Positions 38,354 to 47,886 of a stretch of 64,000 nt of DNA are shown one piece after another. The DNA is from Chloroflexota bacterium (lineage in GTDB: Bacteria; Chloroflexota; Dehalococcoidia; Dehalococcoidales; JBDRCY01): the NCBI GenBank assembly GCA_043821265.1, contig JBDRCY010000026.1, positions 2,813 to 66,812 on the forward strand. Reading direction: 5' to 3'. Below the pieces are notes generated by a model. The model was not told the origin of the DNA, did not search any database, and worked only from the letters and a program-made list of their open reading frames with translations. The stretch's first letter is position 1. Every line of letters starts with the position of its first letter. The translations under genes and the position numbers were made by a program.

Positions 38354-38563
38354 GAATTTATAAGAAGCGTTCATTGGGCTATAAAGAGAGGGCTGTCCGG
38401 CGAGGCTAGCGGTATGGCTTCGTGCTGGGTGCAGCCGCCCGAAAAAACGTGTATAATAGATGATATTCATCAATCTGAGGGGCTTGTTCCTGTAATATTC
38501 TGGTACTATCAGGTTCAGAGCGTATACCATTATCTATATCATCATTGAGAGAGAAGGCCGCTT

Positions 38564-40006
38564 ATGGGTAGTTTGAATTTAGTGAAGGACCTGGCGGGGA
38601 TTGTCGGTGTCGATGCTGTTACTAACGAGGCGGGTCAGCTGAGCCGTTATGCGCAGGACTTCAGTCTGCAGCCGCCGAAGCAGCCCGGTTGCATAGTCTA
38701 TCCACGGGATGCAGAGCAGGTCCGGGAGATTATGCGATATGCCGACCAGCAGCTGGTTGCGGTAACCACCCGTTCTTCGGGGGTCGGCTTCTACGGGGCG
38801 GGCATTCCGGCTGAGGGAGGCATTGTCCTGGACCTGTCGCCGATGAACCGGATACTGGAGGTAGACCGCAATAACAAGCGGGCCAAGCTGCAGCCGGGGG
38901 TGACCTGGGAGCAGGCCCAGCGCGAGCTGGGCAAGCAGGGCCTGTTCGTGAGCAATCCCCTGCTCCCCCATCGCTTGAAGTCGGTCCTGACCAGCTCCCT
39001 GGAGAGGGAGCCGCTCTTAAGTACCAAATCGGAGTATGGCGAGACCTTCATCACTTCGGAGATGGTGCTGGCTAACGGGGACCTATTCTGGACCGGCACC
39101 GGTATATCCAAGGGGATGGTCGGTCAGTCTTTCCCCGATTGCCTGGTGCCCGGCACCCGGCTTTTTATGGGTGCCCAGGGCACCCTGGGGATACAGACCT
39201 GGGCCAATATCAAGATTGAGTATCTCCCTATAAAGAACAAGATTGTCCTGATACCGTTTAAGGATATAGACGATATGGTAGCGCCCATATACCGCCTGCA
39301 GCGGCTTTTAATCGGTAATGAATGCTTTGTGCTTAATCACCTGGACATGGCCAGCATACTGGCGGAGAAATGGCCGGATGATTTCAAGGAACTGCGCCAG
39401 TCGCTGCCGCCGTGGCTGTTAGTCATTTGTCTTACCGGCATGAAGCGGCTGCCTGAGGAGAAGATAGCTGCCGAGGAAGAGGCCCTCATGGAGATAGCGC
39501 GGGAGTTTCACCTTGAGCCGGCCCCGGCGGTGGCTGCTATTTCCGGGCTGGAGGATAAGATACTGGCCTGGCTCCGCCTGCCGTGGCCGGGGGAGACCTA
39601 CTGGAAATTCCGCTACCGGGGAGGACGGCAGGATGTCTTCTTCCATACTACCCTGGACCGGGTTCCGGGATTGGTGAAGGCCGTAGAGGAAGAAGCGGTT
39701 AAGCATAACTACCCCGCCGGGGATATCGGTATATACCTGCAGCCGATAGAGAGGGCCCATGCCTGTTTCTGCCAGTTCGGTTTCCACTATAATCCTAGCG
39801 ATAGTGATGAGGTTGAGCGGCTGCGGAAGCTATTTCTGGCGGCCAGTGAGCGGGTTATGGATATGGGTGGCCTCTTTACCACCCCCTATGGCCCCTGGGC
39901 GGACATGGTTTATAGCCGGGCTGATACCTATAAGTCGGTTATGAAGGTAATCAAGGATGCCGTTGACCCCAACCACATCTTGAACCCGGGCAGGTTGTGT
40001 CTTTAA
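38564..40006 (+). CDS. FAD-linked oxidase (FAD_binding_4 / GlcD-like)
   Basis: 480 aa. PCMH-type FAD domain (IVYPRDAEQVREIMRYA, TTRSSGVGFYGAG), C-terminal DPNHILNPG. Confidence 0.8.
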   Translation: MGSLNLVKDLAGIVGVDAVTNEAGQLSRYAQDFSLQPPKQPGCIVYPRDAEQVREIMRYADQQLVAVTTRSSGVGFYGAGIPAEGGIVLDLSPMNRILEVDRNNKRAKLQPGVTWEQAQRELGKQGLFVSNPLLPHRLKSVLTSSLEREPLLSTKSEYGETFITSEMVLANGDLFWTGTGISKGMVGQSFPDCLVPGTRLFMGAQGTLGIQTWANIKIEYLPIKNKIVLIPFKDIDDMVAPIYRLQRLLIGNECFVLNHLDMASILAEKWPDDFKELRQSLPPWLLVICLTGMKRLPEEKIAAEEEALMEIAREFHLEPAPAVAAISGLEDKILAWLRLPWPGETYWKFRYRGGRQDVFFHTTLDRVPGLVKAVEEEAVKHNYPAGDIGIYLQPIERAHACFCQFGFHYNPSDSDEVERLRKLFLAASERVMDMGGLFTTPYGPWADMVYSRADTYKSVMKVIKDAVDPNHILNPGRLCL

Positions 40007-40021
40007 AGAGGAGAAGATGAC

Positions 40022-41281
40022 ATGGTAATGGAAGGCGGGAAATCACTGCCCAAGGACGGGTGGTACCGCAAGTATTACTGGGAATTAAGAAAGAATGCCT
40101 GGAACTGTGCCCGTTGCTCGGTGTGTAAATGGATAGACTCCTGGGAGGTTAAGAGCGCCCGCTTTGCCAAGGCCTGCCCCAGTAGTGACCGCTACCTCTT
40201 CGATGCTTACTCCTGCCAGGGGAGGATGGACCTTTCTCTGGCCTTGATAGACGGAGAGATAAGGTATGAAGATTCCCCGGGGCTGCTGGATGTGATGTAC
40301 CGCTGTGATACCTGTGGCGGCTGCGATGTCTCCTGCAAGCGCGTCCAGGATATGGAGCCACTGAGGGTGATGCTGGAGATGAGGGCCAAGCTGGTCGAAG
40401 ACGGCCAGCTACTGCCGATGCACACACCGGTTATGGAGAGCCTGCGTCAGGAAGATAATATGGTGATGAAGCCCCGGGCCGAGCGGGGCAAATGGGCGGA
40501 TGGGCTCAAGGTCAAGGACTTAACCAGGGAGAAGGCGGAGGTCGTCTTCCATGCCGGCTGTCGTTTAAGCTATGACGATGACCTCAAGCAGGTGGCCAGG
40601 GACGTAATAAATCTGCTGAATAATATCGGGGTTGATGTCGGTACTATGGGGGCGGAGGAAGCCTGCTGTGGTGGCCGGGCTTACGATATGGGCTACCGGG
40701 GTGAGTTTACCAAATATGCCGAGCATAACCTGGAGGCGTGGGCTAAGGCCGGGGTGAAGACGGTAATTACGACATGCTCCGATGGCTATTATACCTTCAA
40801 GCTCCTCTACGCCGAGATGGGTTCCAAACTGGAAGTCCTCCATATCGTGGAGTTCGTTGACCGCCTCATCAAGGACGGTAGATTGCGCTTTACTAAATCA
40901 GTCCCGATGACCGTTACCTATCATGACCCGTGCCACTTGGGCCGGCGCAGCAATGTCTACACTGCCGGTGAGCCTATCGACGGCATCTATGAGCCGCCCC
41001 GGGACATCATAAGGGCCATACCCGGCGTAGAACTGGTGGAGATGGAGAGGATAAAGGAGCATGCCTGGTGCTGTGGCGCCGGTGGTGGGGTAAGGGAGGC
41101 CTATCCCGACTTCTCGCTGTGGACGGCCAGGGAGAGGATAGCGGAGGCCAGGGCATCCGGGGCCAGTGCTATAGTTACCGCCTGCCCCTGGTGTGAGCGC
41201 AATTTCATTGATGCGGTAGGCGATAGCGGCGAGCAGATAGCAGTGTACGATATTATGGAGCTCATCGAGCGGGCAATCTAG
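40022..41281 (+). CDS. Fe-S oxidoreductase with two CCG domains (GlcF / HdrD-like)
   Basis: 419 aa. CARCSVCKW...CPS and CDTCGGCDVSC, then HAGC...EACCGGRAY and HDPCHLGRR...HAWCCGAGGG. Confidence 0.85.
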   Translation: MVMEGGKSLPKDGWYRKYYWELRKNAWNCARCSVCKWIDSWEVKSARFAKACPSSDRYLFDAYSCQGRMDLSLALIDGEIRYEDSPGLLDVMYRCDTCGGCDVSCKRVQDMEPLRVMLEMRAKLVEDGQLLPMHTPVMESLRQEDNMVMKPRAERGKWADGLKVKDLTREKAEVVFHAGCRLSYDDDLKQVARDVINLLNNIGVDVGTMGAEEACCGGRAYDMGYRGEFTKYAEHNLEAWAKAGVKTVITTCSDGYYTFKLLYAEMGSKLEVLHIVEFVDRLIKDGRLRFTKSVPMTVTYHDPCHLGRRSNVYTAGEPIDGIYEPPRDIIRAIPGVELVEMERIKEHAWCCGAGGGVREAYPDFSLWTARERIAEARASGASAIVTACPWCERNFIDAVGDSGEQIAVYDIMELIERAI

Positions 41282-41299
41282 GAAAGGGGACGTCTTAAG

Positions 41300-42874
41300 A
41301 TGCCATTGGGTGACGAGAAACACAAGGCCATATACCAGGCCCTGGTTGATATCCTGGGTGGCGAATATGTCTCCGATGATGTCGCGGTCATGCAGGCCTA
41401 TAGCCGGGACTGTTATGCGGCGGCGGTGCTCAAGAGGCGCCGTCCCGAATTTGTGGCCCTGCCGGGTTCAACAGAGAATATAGTGGCCATTATTAAGATG
41501 GCTAACCGGCTGGGGATGCCCTTTACGGTTATCGGCTCGGGGCTCTTTTTCCCGCATACGGTGGCGGTCAGGGACTACTGGTGTATAGTGGACCCGAAGC
41601 GGATGAAACGGCTGGAAGTTGATGCGACCAATATGACGGCTATCATCGAACCGGCGGTTACCCATGCTCAGCTACATGCGGAGGCAATGCAGCGAGGATT
41701 GCACTGTGGTGTCCCCGAGGTGGGGGGGCAGGCCAACCACCTGGCTAATGTTATCTGGGCCGGCAATCAGGGCACCGGCTACCGCACCGGCATGGCGGCG
41801 CGTAATATCCTGGGTGTGGAATGGGTTCTGCCCAATGGCGAGGTGCTCAAGACGGGTTCCCTGTCCAATCCGCAGGGTGGTTATTTCTGGGGGGAGGGCC
41901 CGGGCCCGGATATGAGGGGTCTGCTCAGGGGGGTGTCGGGGAATCACGGCAGTCTGGGGATTGTTACCCGGTTGGCCGTTAAGCTCTACCCCTGGCCGGG
42001 CCCGAAGGTATTGCCCACCGAGGGTATTGCCCCGGCCAAGAAGTGTGAACTGCCCACTGATAAGTTCAAATGGTTCCTCTTTTCCTATCCCAGCCTGGAG
42101 AAGATGATAGACGCGATGTACGAAATCGGCCATGCCGAGGTCGGCGGCATTATGCATCACTGGCCGCCGCTCTACTTTGATTACTGGTGGGCCAAGTCAC
42201 GCCAGGAGTACTGGGAGACCTGGCTCAGGGAGTACTGGCAGAGTAACTGTCGCAACGTGGTGGTCGTCCAGATATGGGCACATACCTCGGCCCGGCAGAT
42301 GGAGTACGAGGAGAAGGTCTTAAGGCAGATTATCGAGGAGACCGGTGGCCAGATGCTGTCCCAGGAGGTCATCGATATGTGGGTGCCCTACTGCGCCAAT
42401 AACTGGGTGCGGGATACCAATGGCTGCCGCTGGATGAACATCGGCGGTTCGCTGGGCAATGCCGGCATCTTCTTCGATACCATGGATACCGGGCTTAAGG
42501 TCTTTCCCCGCGGCCATGAATTCGCCAGGCAATATACACCACCGATTCTGGACTATGATGAAAGCGATTGGATTCTACCCTTCGATTTCTGTCACTCGGC
42601 CCTGTGCGAGATAGACTATCCCTTTGAGAAATCCCCGGAGACCTGCAAGGAAATCGCCACCAGCTTTATGGATTTGATTAAACGGGGTAGGAGGGAAAGT
42701 ATTATCGACCTGGCTACCGGCATGACCGGTCTTACCGTTATCGGTAAGGATTTCGCCAATATCCACCTGCTGATGGGCCGTATCAAGAAGTCCGTAGACC
42801 CCAATAACGTGGCCAATCCCACGCGGTTTGTTAACCTGGAGAAGCTGGAGCAACTGGAGCAGGCTCAAGGGTAG
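41300..42874 (+). CDS. Second FAD-linked oxidase (FAD_binding_4 family, divergent)
   Basis: 524 aa. [31 protein letters not shown]-terminal DPNNVANP. Confidence 0.75.
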   Translation: MPLGDEKHKAIYQALVDILGGEYVSDDVAVMQAYSRDCYAAAVLKRRRPEFVALPGSTENIVAIIKMANRLGMPFTVIGSGLFFPHTVAVRDYWCIVDPKRMKRLEVDATNMTAIIEPAVTHAQLHAEAMQRGLHCGVPEVGGQANHLANVIWAGNQGTGYRTGMAARNILGVEWVLPNGEVLKTGSLSNPQGGYFWGEGPGPDMRGLLRGVSGNHGSLGIVTRLAVKLYPWPGPKVLPTEGIAPAKKCELPTDKFKWFLFSYPSLEKMIDAMYEIGHAEVGGIMHHWPPLYFDYWWAKSRQEYWETWLREYWQSNCRNVVVVQIWAHTSARQMEYEEKVLRQIIEETGGQMLSQEVIDMWVPYCANNWVRDTNGCRWMNIGGSLGNAGIFFDTMDTGLKVFPRGHEFARQYTPPILDYDESDWILPFDFCHSALCEIDYPFEKSPETCKEIATSFMDLIKRGRRESIIDLATGMTGLTVIGKDFANIHLLMGRIKKSVDPNNVANPTRFVNLEKLEQLEQAQG

Positions 42875-42888
42875 GGCCTATTCTGAGT

Positions 42889-43851
42889 ATGAAACTACTG
42901 GCGCCGGTGGATAGGGTCGAGGAGGTGGCGGCGGTTATCCGTGCCGGGGCCGACGAGTTGTACTGCGGGCTGCTTACCGCCGACTGGCATGAGCGGTATA
43001 TTGCCGGCTCTATCAACCGGAGACCGGGCGGCGGTGCCAGTTTTACCACCCTCGCTGATCTGGCGGCCTGTGTCGACATTGCTCACTCTTCGAACGTCCC
43101 CGTTTTCTTAGCCGTGAACGAGCACTACTATACCCGGGAGCAGTACCCTTTTATCCGGGACTATGTGGAGAAGGTAGCGGCCGTCGGTATTGATGCCCTG
43201 ATGGTGGCCGATTTGGCCCTGCTACTGACCCTGCGGCAGATGGAGACCGGGATAAAGGTGATTATCAGCACCGGGGGGACCGCCTTCAATTCAGAGACAG
43301 TAAGGTTCTATCAGGACCTGGGGGCATCACGGGTAACGCTGCCCAGGCATCTGACACTGGACGAAATAGGGGATATCAGGGCCGGTGCCCCCGATGTTGA
43401 GCTGGGGGTCTTTATTTTGAACTCTCGCTGTCCCAACGTGGATGGCTTCTGCACCTTTCAGCACGGCCTGGCAAATAAATCCCTGAAACCACTGTTTCAG
43501 AATGCCTGTATGTTGCCCTATGAGGTATCTCTGGGGGCCGGTGGTGAACAGTCGCGGGTGTCATGGGAGCGGCAGCATATCTGGCAGCTAGTGCACATCG
43601 ATGACCACCCCTGTGGCGCCTGTGCCATCTATGACCTTGCCGGGACGGGTGTCAGCAGCCTAAAGATTGTCGGCCGGGGAAATCCGACGGCCCGGAAGCT
43701 AACCGACATCGGCTTTATCCGCTCGTTACTCGAGTTTCGGGAAAATGAGCGGCCCACAAGGGATGAATTCAGGGAGGTGGCACAGCAGCGGTATCGGGAC
43801 ACCTACCAGCGCCCCTGCCGGGGCTATATGTGCTACTATCCTGTCTGGTAG
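42889..43851 (+). CDS. Peptidase-U32-family protein, UbiU-like (divergent Cys pattern)
   Basis: 320 aa. MKLLAPVDRVEEVAAVIRAGADELYCG, DALMVADL, RVTLPRHLTLDEI. Cys residues at NSRCPNVDGFC, HPCGAC, RPCRGYMC. Confidence 0.7.
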   Translation: MKLLAPVDRVEEVAAVIRAGADELYCGLLTADWHERYIAGSINRRPGGGASFTTLADLAACVDIAHSSNVPVFLAVNEHYYTREQYPFIRDYVEKVAAVGIDALMVADLALLLTLRQMETGIKVIISTGGTAFNSETVRFYQDLGASRVTLPRHLTLDEIGDIRAGAPDVELGVFILNSRCPNVDGFCTFQHGLANKSLKPLFQNACMLPYEVSLGAGGEQSRVSWERQHIWQLVHIDDHPCGACAIYDLAGTGVSSLKIVGRGNPTARKLTDIGFIRSLLEFRENERPTRDEFREVAQQRYRDTYQRPCRGYMCYYPVW

Positions 43852-43858
43852 TTTGGTT

Positions 43859-44650
43859 ATGGAACAGGCATTATTTATCGCAAAGGTTGAGCATCTGAAG
43901 TATTATGAGCCTCGTTTCTCCCGGATATACTTCGGTAATGAGTTCTGCCAGCAGCTTATTCCCTCCGTCGGTGATTTGGAGCGGGTACTGGATTTTGTGG
44001 GGCAGAATAATCTCGATTTCACCCTGGTCAGTCCGTATGTTACCGACCGGGGGTTGGAGGGATTGGAGCCCCTGCTGGCGGCGACTGCGGAGGGCAAGCC
44101 GGGTAGCGAGGTGGTCTTTAACGATTACGGGGTGTGGCGTGTCCTTAAGGGCCGCTATCGGGGGCTTAGTCCGGTGATGGGGCGCCTGCTGAATAGAATG
44201 AAGCGTGGGCCCAGGTTGATGACGGTCATTGATAAACTGCCGTCGAGCACGGTGGACTACTTCAGGAGTTCGAACCTTGCCGTGCCCGTCCTGCGCTGGT
44301 TTCTGGCCGAAAGCGGGGTCAGCCGGGTGGAACTGGACAATGTACTTCAGGGTATGGACTTTAACCTCGATGGCCTGAAGGCGTCGCTGTACTGGCCCTA
44401 CGCTTACGTTACTACGACGCGGCTGTGTCTGGCGAATTGCGGCGAAGAACCGGAGAGCCGAGAGAAGATTGGCATTTTCCCCTGCGAGCGGGAGTGCCGG
44501 AAATACACCTTTTACCTGGAGAATGAGGCAATGCCGGTCCCCCTGATAAGGAAGGGTAACACTATCTTCTTTGAAAACGAGGCGTTGCCCGATGATATGT
44601 CCGGGTTGGGGATAGACCGTATCGTTGTTGAGCCTGAGTTGCCCATTTAG
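43859..44650 (+). CDS. Peptidase-U32-family protein, UbiV-like
   Basis: 263 aa from the ATG at 43859. RIYFGNEFCQQL resembles UbiV VIYLGEAVCSKR, YWPYAYVTTTRLCLANC resembles YGHLPLAYSARCF, and PCERECRKY resembles ECETCCIKY (E. coli sequence from memory). Confidence 0.6.
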   Translation: MEQALFIAKVEHLKYYEPRFSRIYFGNEFCQQLIPSVGDLERVLDFVGQNNLDFTLVSPYVTDRGLEGLEPLLAATAEGKPGSEVVFNDYGVWRVLKGRYRGLSPVMGRLLNRMKRGPRLMTVIDKLPSSTVDYFRSSNLAVPVLRWFLAESGVSRVELDNVLQGMDFNLDGLKASLYWPYAYVTTTRLCLANCGEEPESREKIGIFPCERECRKYTFYLENEAMPVPLIRKGNTIFFENEALPDDMSGLGIDRIVVEPELPI

Positions 44651-44655
44651 TCTGT

Positions 44656-45588
44656 TTACAATCCCCTCAGGTATTCCGGGCGCAGTGAATACGGGTTCCT
44701 GGCGGCCAGCACCCCCTCCAGTTCTCTTATAATCCGGTCTTTCTCTCGCGGTAATCGTCCCCGGATCGAGAGGTAATTAGAGGCGTGCATGGAGCTGAAA
44801 AAACAGTCGGAGAAGGTGACATTTTCGGTAATCAGCTTGAGCTCTTGTATCGAGTCGAATGGGGAAACGGGTAAGAAGTGTCCCTGCTGCCAGTCGCGGT
44901 ATAGCGGGGTGCCGGGAACGAGGGTCAGAGTCAGGGCGCCGACGTAATCCGGGTCGGTCTCGGTGAGAATTCTGGCCGTCGCCAGGGCGTGTCGCTGGCT
45001 GGCCTCGACTCCACCCAGCCCCAGAATTACGGTGGCGGAAAGGGTGGTACCGGCCGCCTTCGCCTTCCTGGCGGCGTCCACTATCTGGCGGTGGGTCGCT
45101 CCCTTCCCCACCCTTTTCAATATTTCATCATCACCGCTCTCAATCCCCATGTAGAGCAGGCTCAGTTTAAGCTCTCTCAGCTCTTTGAGTTCGCCGGGGG
45201 TGCGTCGCTGGATATCCTGGGGGGTGGCGTAGGCCCCGATTCTTTCCAGGGTGGGAAACCTCTCGTTTAGGTATTTAAGGGCTGCCTTCAATCTGGGTAG
45301 GGGGTAGACCAGCGCATCGCCATCCTGCAGAAAGACCCTCTTGCCATCCCATTGCTGGGCTATATAGTAGACTATCGGTGGGATATTGGGCCGACAAATA
45401 CCCTCCTCGGCGTAGAGGGCCAGGGCGTCTATCTCCTCTTTGACCTCTTCTATCTCTCTTAGCGCCAGTTTAGCCCCATAGAAGTTGCAGAAGGTGCAGG
45501 TATTATTGGAGCAGCCGCCGGTTACCGGCAGGAAGTAGCTGCGGTGTTCGCTGGGTGGTCGTATAATCTCTGGTCTGGTAAAAGACAT
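44656..45588 (-). CDS. Radical SAM protein with a CX4CX2C cluster motif
   Basis: 310 aa from the ATG at 45588. VTGGCSNNTCTFCNFYG verified codon by codon. LQDGDAL and YMGIESGDDEIL are typical radical SAM core elements. The longer ORF to 45831 overlaps the upstream gene. Confidence 0.8.
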   Translation of the reverse strand: MSFTRPEIIRPPSEHRSYFLPVTGGCSNNTCTFCNFYGAKLALREIEEVKEEIDALALYAEEGICRPNIPPIVYYIAQQWDGKRVFLQDGDALVYPLPRLKAALKYLNERFPTLERIGAYATPQDIQRRTPGELKELRELKLSLLYMGIESGDDEILKRVGKGATHRQIVDAARKAKAAGTTLSATVILGLGGVEASQRHALATARILTETDPDYVGALTLTLVPGTPLYRDWQQGHFLPVSPFDSIQELKLITENVTFSDCFFSSMHASNYLSIRGRLPREKDRIIRELEGVLAARNPYSLRPEYLRGL

Positions 45589-45592
45589 GGTT

Positions 45593-46408
45593 TTACTGAC
45601 TGGCTGGAGGTGCGCTATCTCCGAAAATAAATTCCTTGATTTCCTTAAAATACCTTTCGGCGCCCACCAGCATGATGTCGTTGTGGTTGGCTCTGTCGAT
45701 GATAACCAGGCGTTTCTGGCTCGCGGCGGCATTGTTATAGAGGTCATGCGCCTCGACGGAAGGGATAAGGCTATCGTGCTCTCCGTGCAGGATGAGGGTG
45801 GGCACGGTAACCGACCGCATCTTGGCGGCATTGGGGAAGGCGGTGTTATGCAGCTCTAGGAGCTCGGTGAATAAACCGAGGTGAGTGAGCAGCCTTATGA
45901 TACTGGCGAAACCGCTTTCGATAATCAACCCCTTGATATGTTCCGGATAGACTGAGGCTAACTCAATGGCTGATATGCTGCCCAGGGAGCGGCCCATGAT
46001 AAAAACGTCGCCGGTATAACGGGACTGATTCAGGATGTCCAGAAAGGCGGGGAAGATGTGGTGCGTATCGCCCACCATAGCGGTAAAGCTGGGGGTGCCG
46101 CTGCTGGAGCCATAGCCACGATAGTCGGTCACAAACAGGTTTATGCCTAGCTGGTGGTATAGCGGGGCTATGGCGTCATAGTCGCTGGCCACCTCACCGT
46201 TGCCATGAAAGAAGAGAATAGACGGCGAACTGGTGGTGTGTGTGTAAAAGCGGCAGCCTATTCGCGCCCCATCATCTACGGCAATGGCATGGTCGGTGGC
46301 GCCCGGCGGGGCCTGGCTGCTGTCCGTGCGAGGGTAAAAGACGAACTGGAGAATATCGGGCCGGTCCAGCAGGCCGTAGGCTTCACGGAAGGACATGTTT
46401 CGGCTCAT
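45593..46408 (-). CDS. Alpha/beta hydrolase (serine hydrolase)
   Basis: 271 aa. FFHGNG, nucleophile elbow GRSLGS, HGEHDSLIP, ANHND. Confidence 0.8.
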   Translation of the reverse strand: MSRNMSFREAYGLLDRPDILQFVFYPRTDSSQAPPGATDHAIAVDDGARIGCRFYTHTTSSPSILFFHGNGEVASDYDAIAPLYHQLGINLFVTDYRGYGSSSGTPSFTAMVGDTHHIFPAFLDILNQSRYTGDVFIMGRSLGSISAIELASVYPEHIKGLIIESGFASIIRLLTHLGLFTELLELHNTAFPNAAKMRSVTVPTLILHGEHDSLIPSVEAHDLYNNAAASQKRLVIIDRANHNDIMLVGAERYFKEIKEFIFGDSAPPASQ

Positions 46409-46482
46409 GTTATATTCTAAAGCCCTTTCCTAGCTGTGGTCAATCCGGCTCATGAACAGGGTGGGTGGGGCGTTGCCTCCAT

Positions 46483-46941
46483 TCAAATATTTGTTATCTC
46501 GGCCTCTATCTCTTGGCCAATGGTCAGTATCCCGAAGGAGTCCCGCCCCCGCCCCGGGTTGAACAGGAGCGTTCCCCGGGCATATTCGTTGTGAGGTTCA
46601 TGGGAATGTCCGAAGATAATGATGTCCACATTGTCGCCGAATAGAGTCCTTACCCTCTTGGCGATACCCCATGGTGCTCCCGAACCGTGTACCAGGCCGA
46701 CCCTTTTCCCGCTAACGGTGAAGAGTCCCCTGGATGGTAGCATGGCCTTAACTTCACTTGAGTCCATGTTGCCGTGTACGGCCTTTACCTTGCCCAGTGT
46801 CTTAAGCCCGTCAAGCACCGCCTTGGCAGTGATGTCTCCGGCATGGACGATAAGGTCTACCCCGGCCAGAGCTGCCAGCATAGGGCTGGGTAATTCCTCG
46901 AATGTTTTAGCGTGGGTATCAGAGATAACGCCGATTCTCAA
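46483..46941 (-). CDS. YfcE/MJ0936-family metallophosphoesterase
   Basis: 152 aa. ISDTH, HAGD, GNMD, GHSH. Confidence 0.85.
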   Translation of the reverse strand: MRIGVISDTHAKTFEELPSPMLAALAGVDLIVHAGDITAKAVLDGLKTLGKVKAVHGNMDSSEVKAMLPSRGLFTVSGKRVGLVHGSGAPWGIAKRVRTLFGDNVDIIIFGHSHEPHNEYARGTLLFNPGRGRDSFGILTIGQEIEAEITNI

Positions 46942-47183
46942 TATTTTACTCCACGGTGATAAGGGCCCTTCGGGTATATTATACTTGTCTTCGGAGCTAG
47001 ACTCCAGCCGTAGCAGTGCACTTTACATAATATATGGGCTGGAATTCAGCTTAGAGGGTTGGATTTCTATGTGACGGACGTAGTGGTTCTGAACCGACCG
47101 GTTGGCGTGAGGTGCAAATACTGGTAAGTAAAGCAGAGGGCTGGTTTGGTATGTTTAAGCGAACCGGGCCAGGGAAGGTGGGT

Positions 47184-47441
47184 TCAGCCCTCGGCGGTGG
47201 TCTCCCCCTTCTTTTCCGTAGCCGGCGCTGCCGGCTTATCTCCGTTTCGCTTGTGGCCCGGGTTATTTCGGCTGTCGGTTACGTAAAAGCCTGACCCCTT
47301 GAAGATTATGGGCACCGGCGAGAAGATGCGCCTGGCGCTACCCTGGCACTGGGGACAGGTAGCATCTGAATTGTCATTAAAGCCCCGCCTGAGGTCAAAG
47401 GTGTAGGAGCAATTTTCACACTGGTATTCGTAGATCGGCAT
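47184..47441 (-). CDS. FmdB-family zinc-ribbon protein
   Basis: MPIYEYQCENC...CPQC, followed by a basic/Gly-rich tail. Confidence 0.8.
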   Translation of the reverse strand: MPIYEYQCENCSYTFDLRRGFNDNSDATCPQCQGSARRIFSPVPIIFKGSGFYVTDSRNNPGHKRNGDKPAAPATEKKGETTAEG

Positions 47442-47628
47442 ATAACGAAAAAACCTCCTGGTTACGCTTGCTCGGACTCAAAATTAGCAGTCCTCTAACA
47501 GGACTGCTAATTAATCTTACTACAGTATGGAACCGAAGTCAAGCCCTTTTCCCGGTAGTATCGAGCTTGATATCAGCAGGTCAGTGGCTAGACTGAGAGG
47601 GACTGAGGGTTATTTCATCCCGGGGGAA

Positions 47629-47850
47629 ATGGTGGTACGGCTGACATTCTACGGCGGCGTCGAGGAGATTGGCGGTAATAGGCTCCTCCTGGAAGGCACC
47701 AATGTGGGGTGAGATGAGAATGTCAGCGAGCGGGAGGTGTATGAGAGCGGGCTAAAGGCCATTGACGGCGCCCGTGGCCTGGTTATCGCTGATTTTTCAC
47801 CCCGGGACGTGGACCGACTGCCCATCAGGTATGGTACACTTGAGATATAG
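47629..47850 (+). pseudogene. Remnant of an MBL-fold (RNase J / beta-CASP-like) hydrolase gene
   Basis: MVVRLTFYGGVEEIGGNRLLLEG, then a stop. A second frame gives GLVIADFSPRDVDRL. No HxHxDH motif is left. Confidence 0.35.
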
Positions 47851-47886
47851 GTCGTATAGCCCTCTCCAGCGGAAGGAGATTTCGGC

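Noticed and set aside
43745-43858. N-terminal extension of the UbiV-like ORF
   Set aside because: It overlaps the upstream U32 gene in another frame. The ATG at 43859, 7 nt after that gene's stop, was preferred, although an alternative GTG or TTG start cannot be excluded.
45589-45831. N-terminal 81-codon extension of the radical SAM ORF
   Set aside because: It overlaps the 3-prime end of the alpha/beta hydrolase gene in another frame and has a Pro/Ser/Cys-rich nonsense composition. The family-like sequence begins at MSFTRPEIIRPPSE (ATG at 45588).
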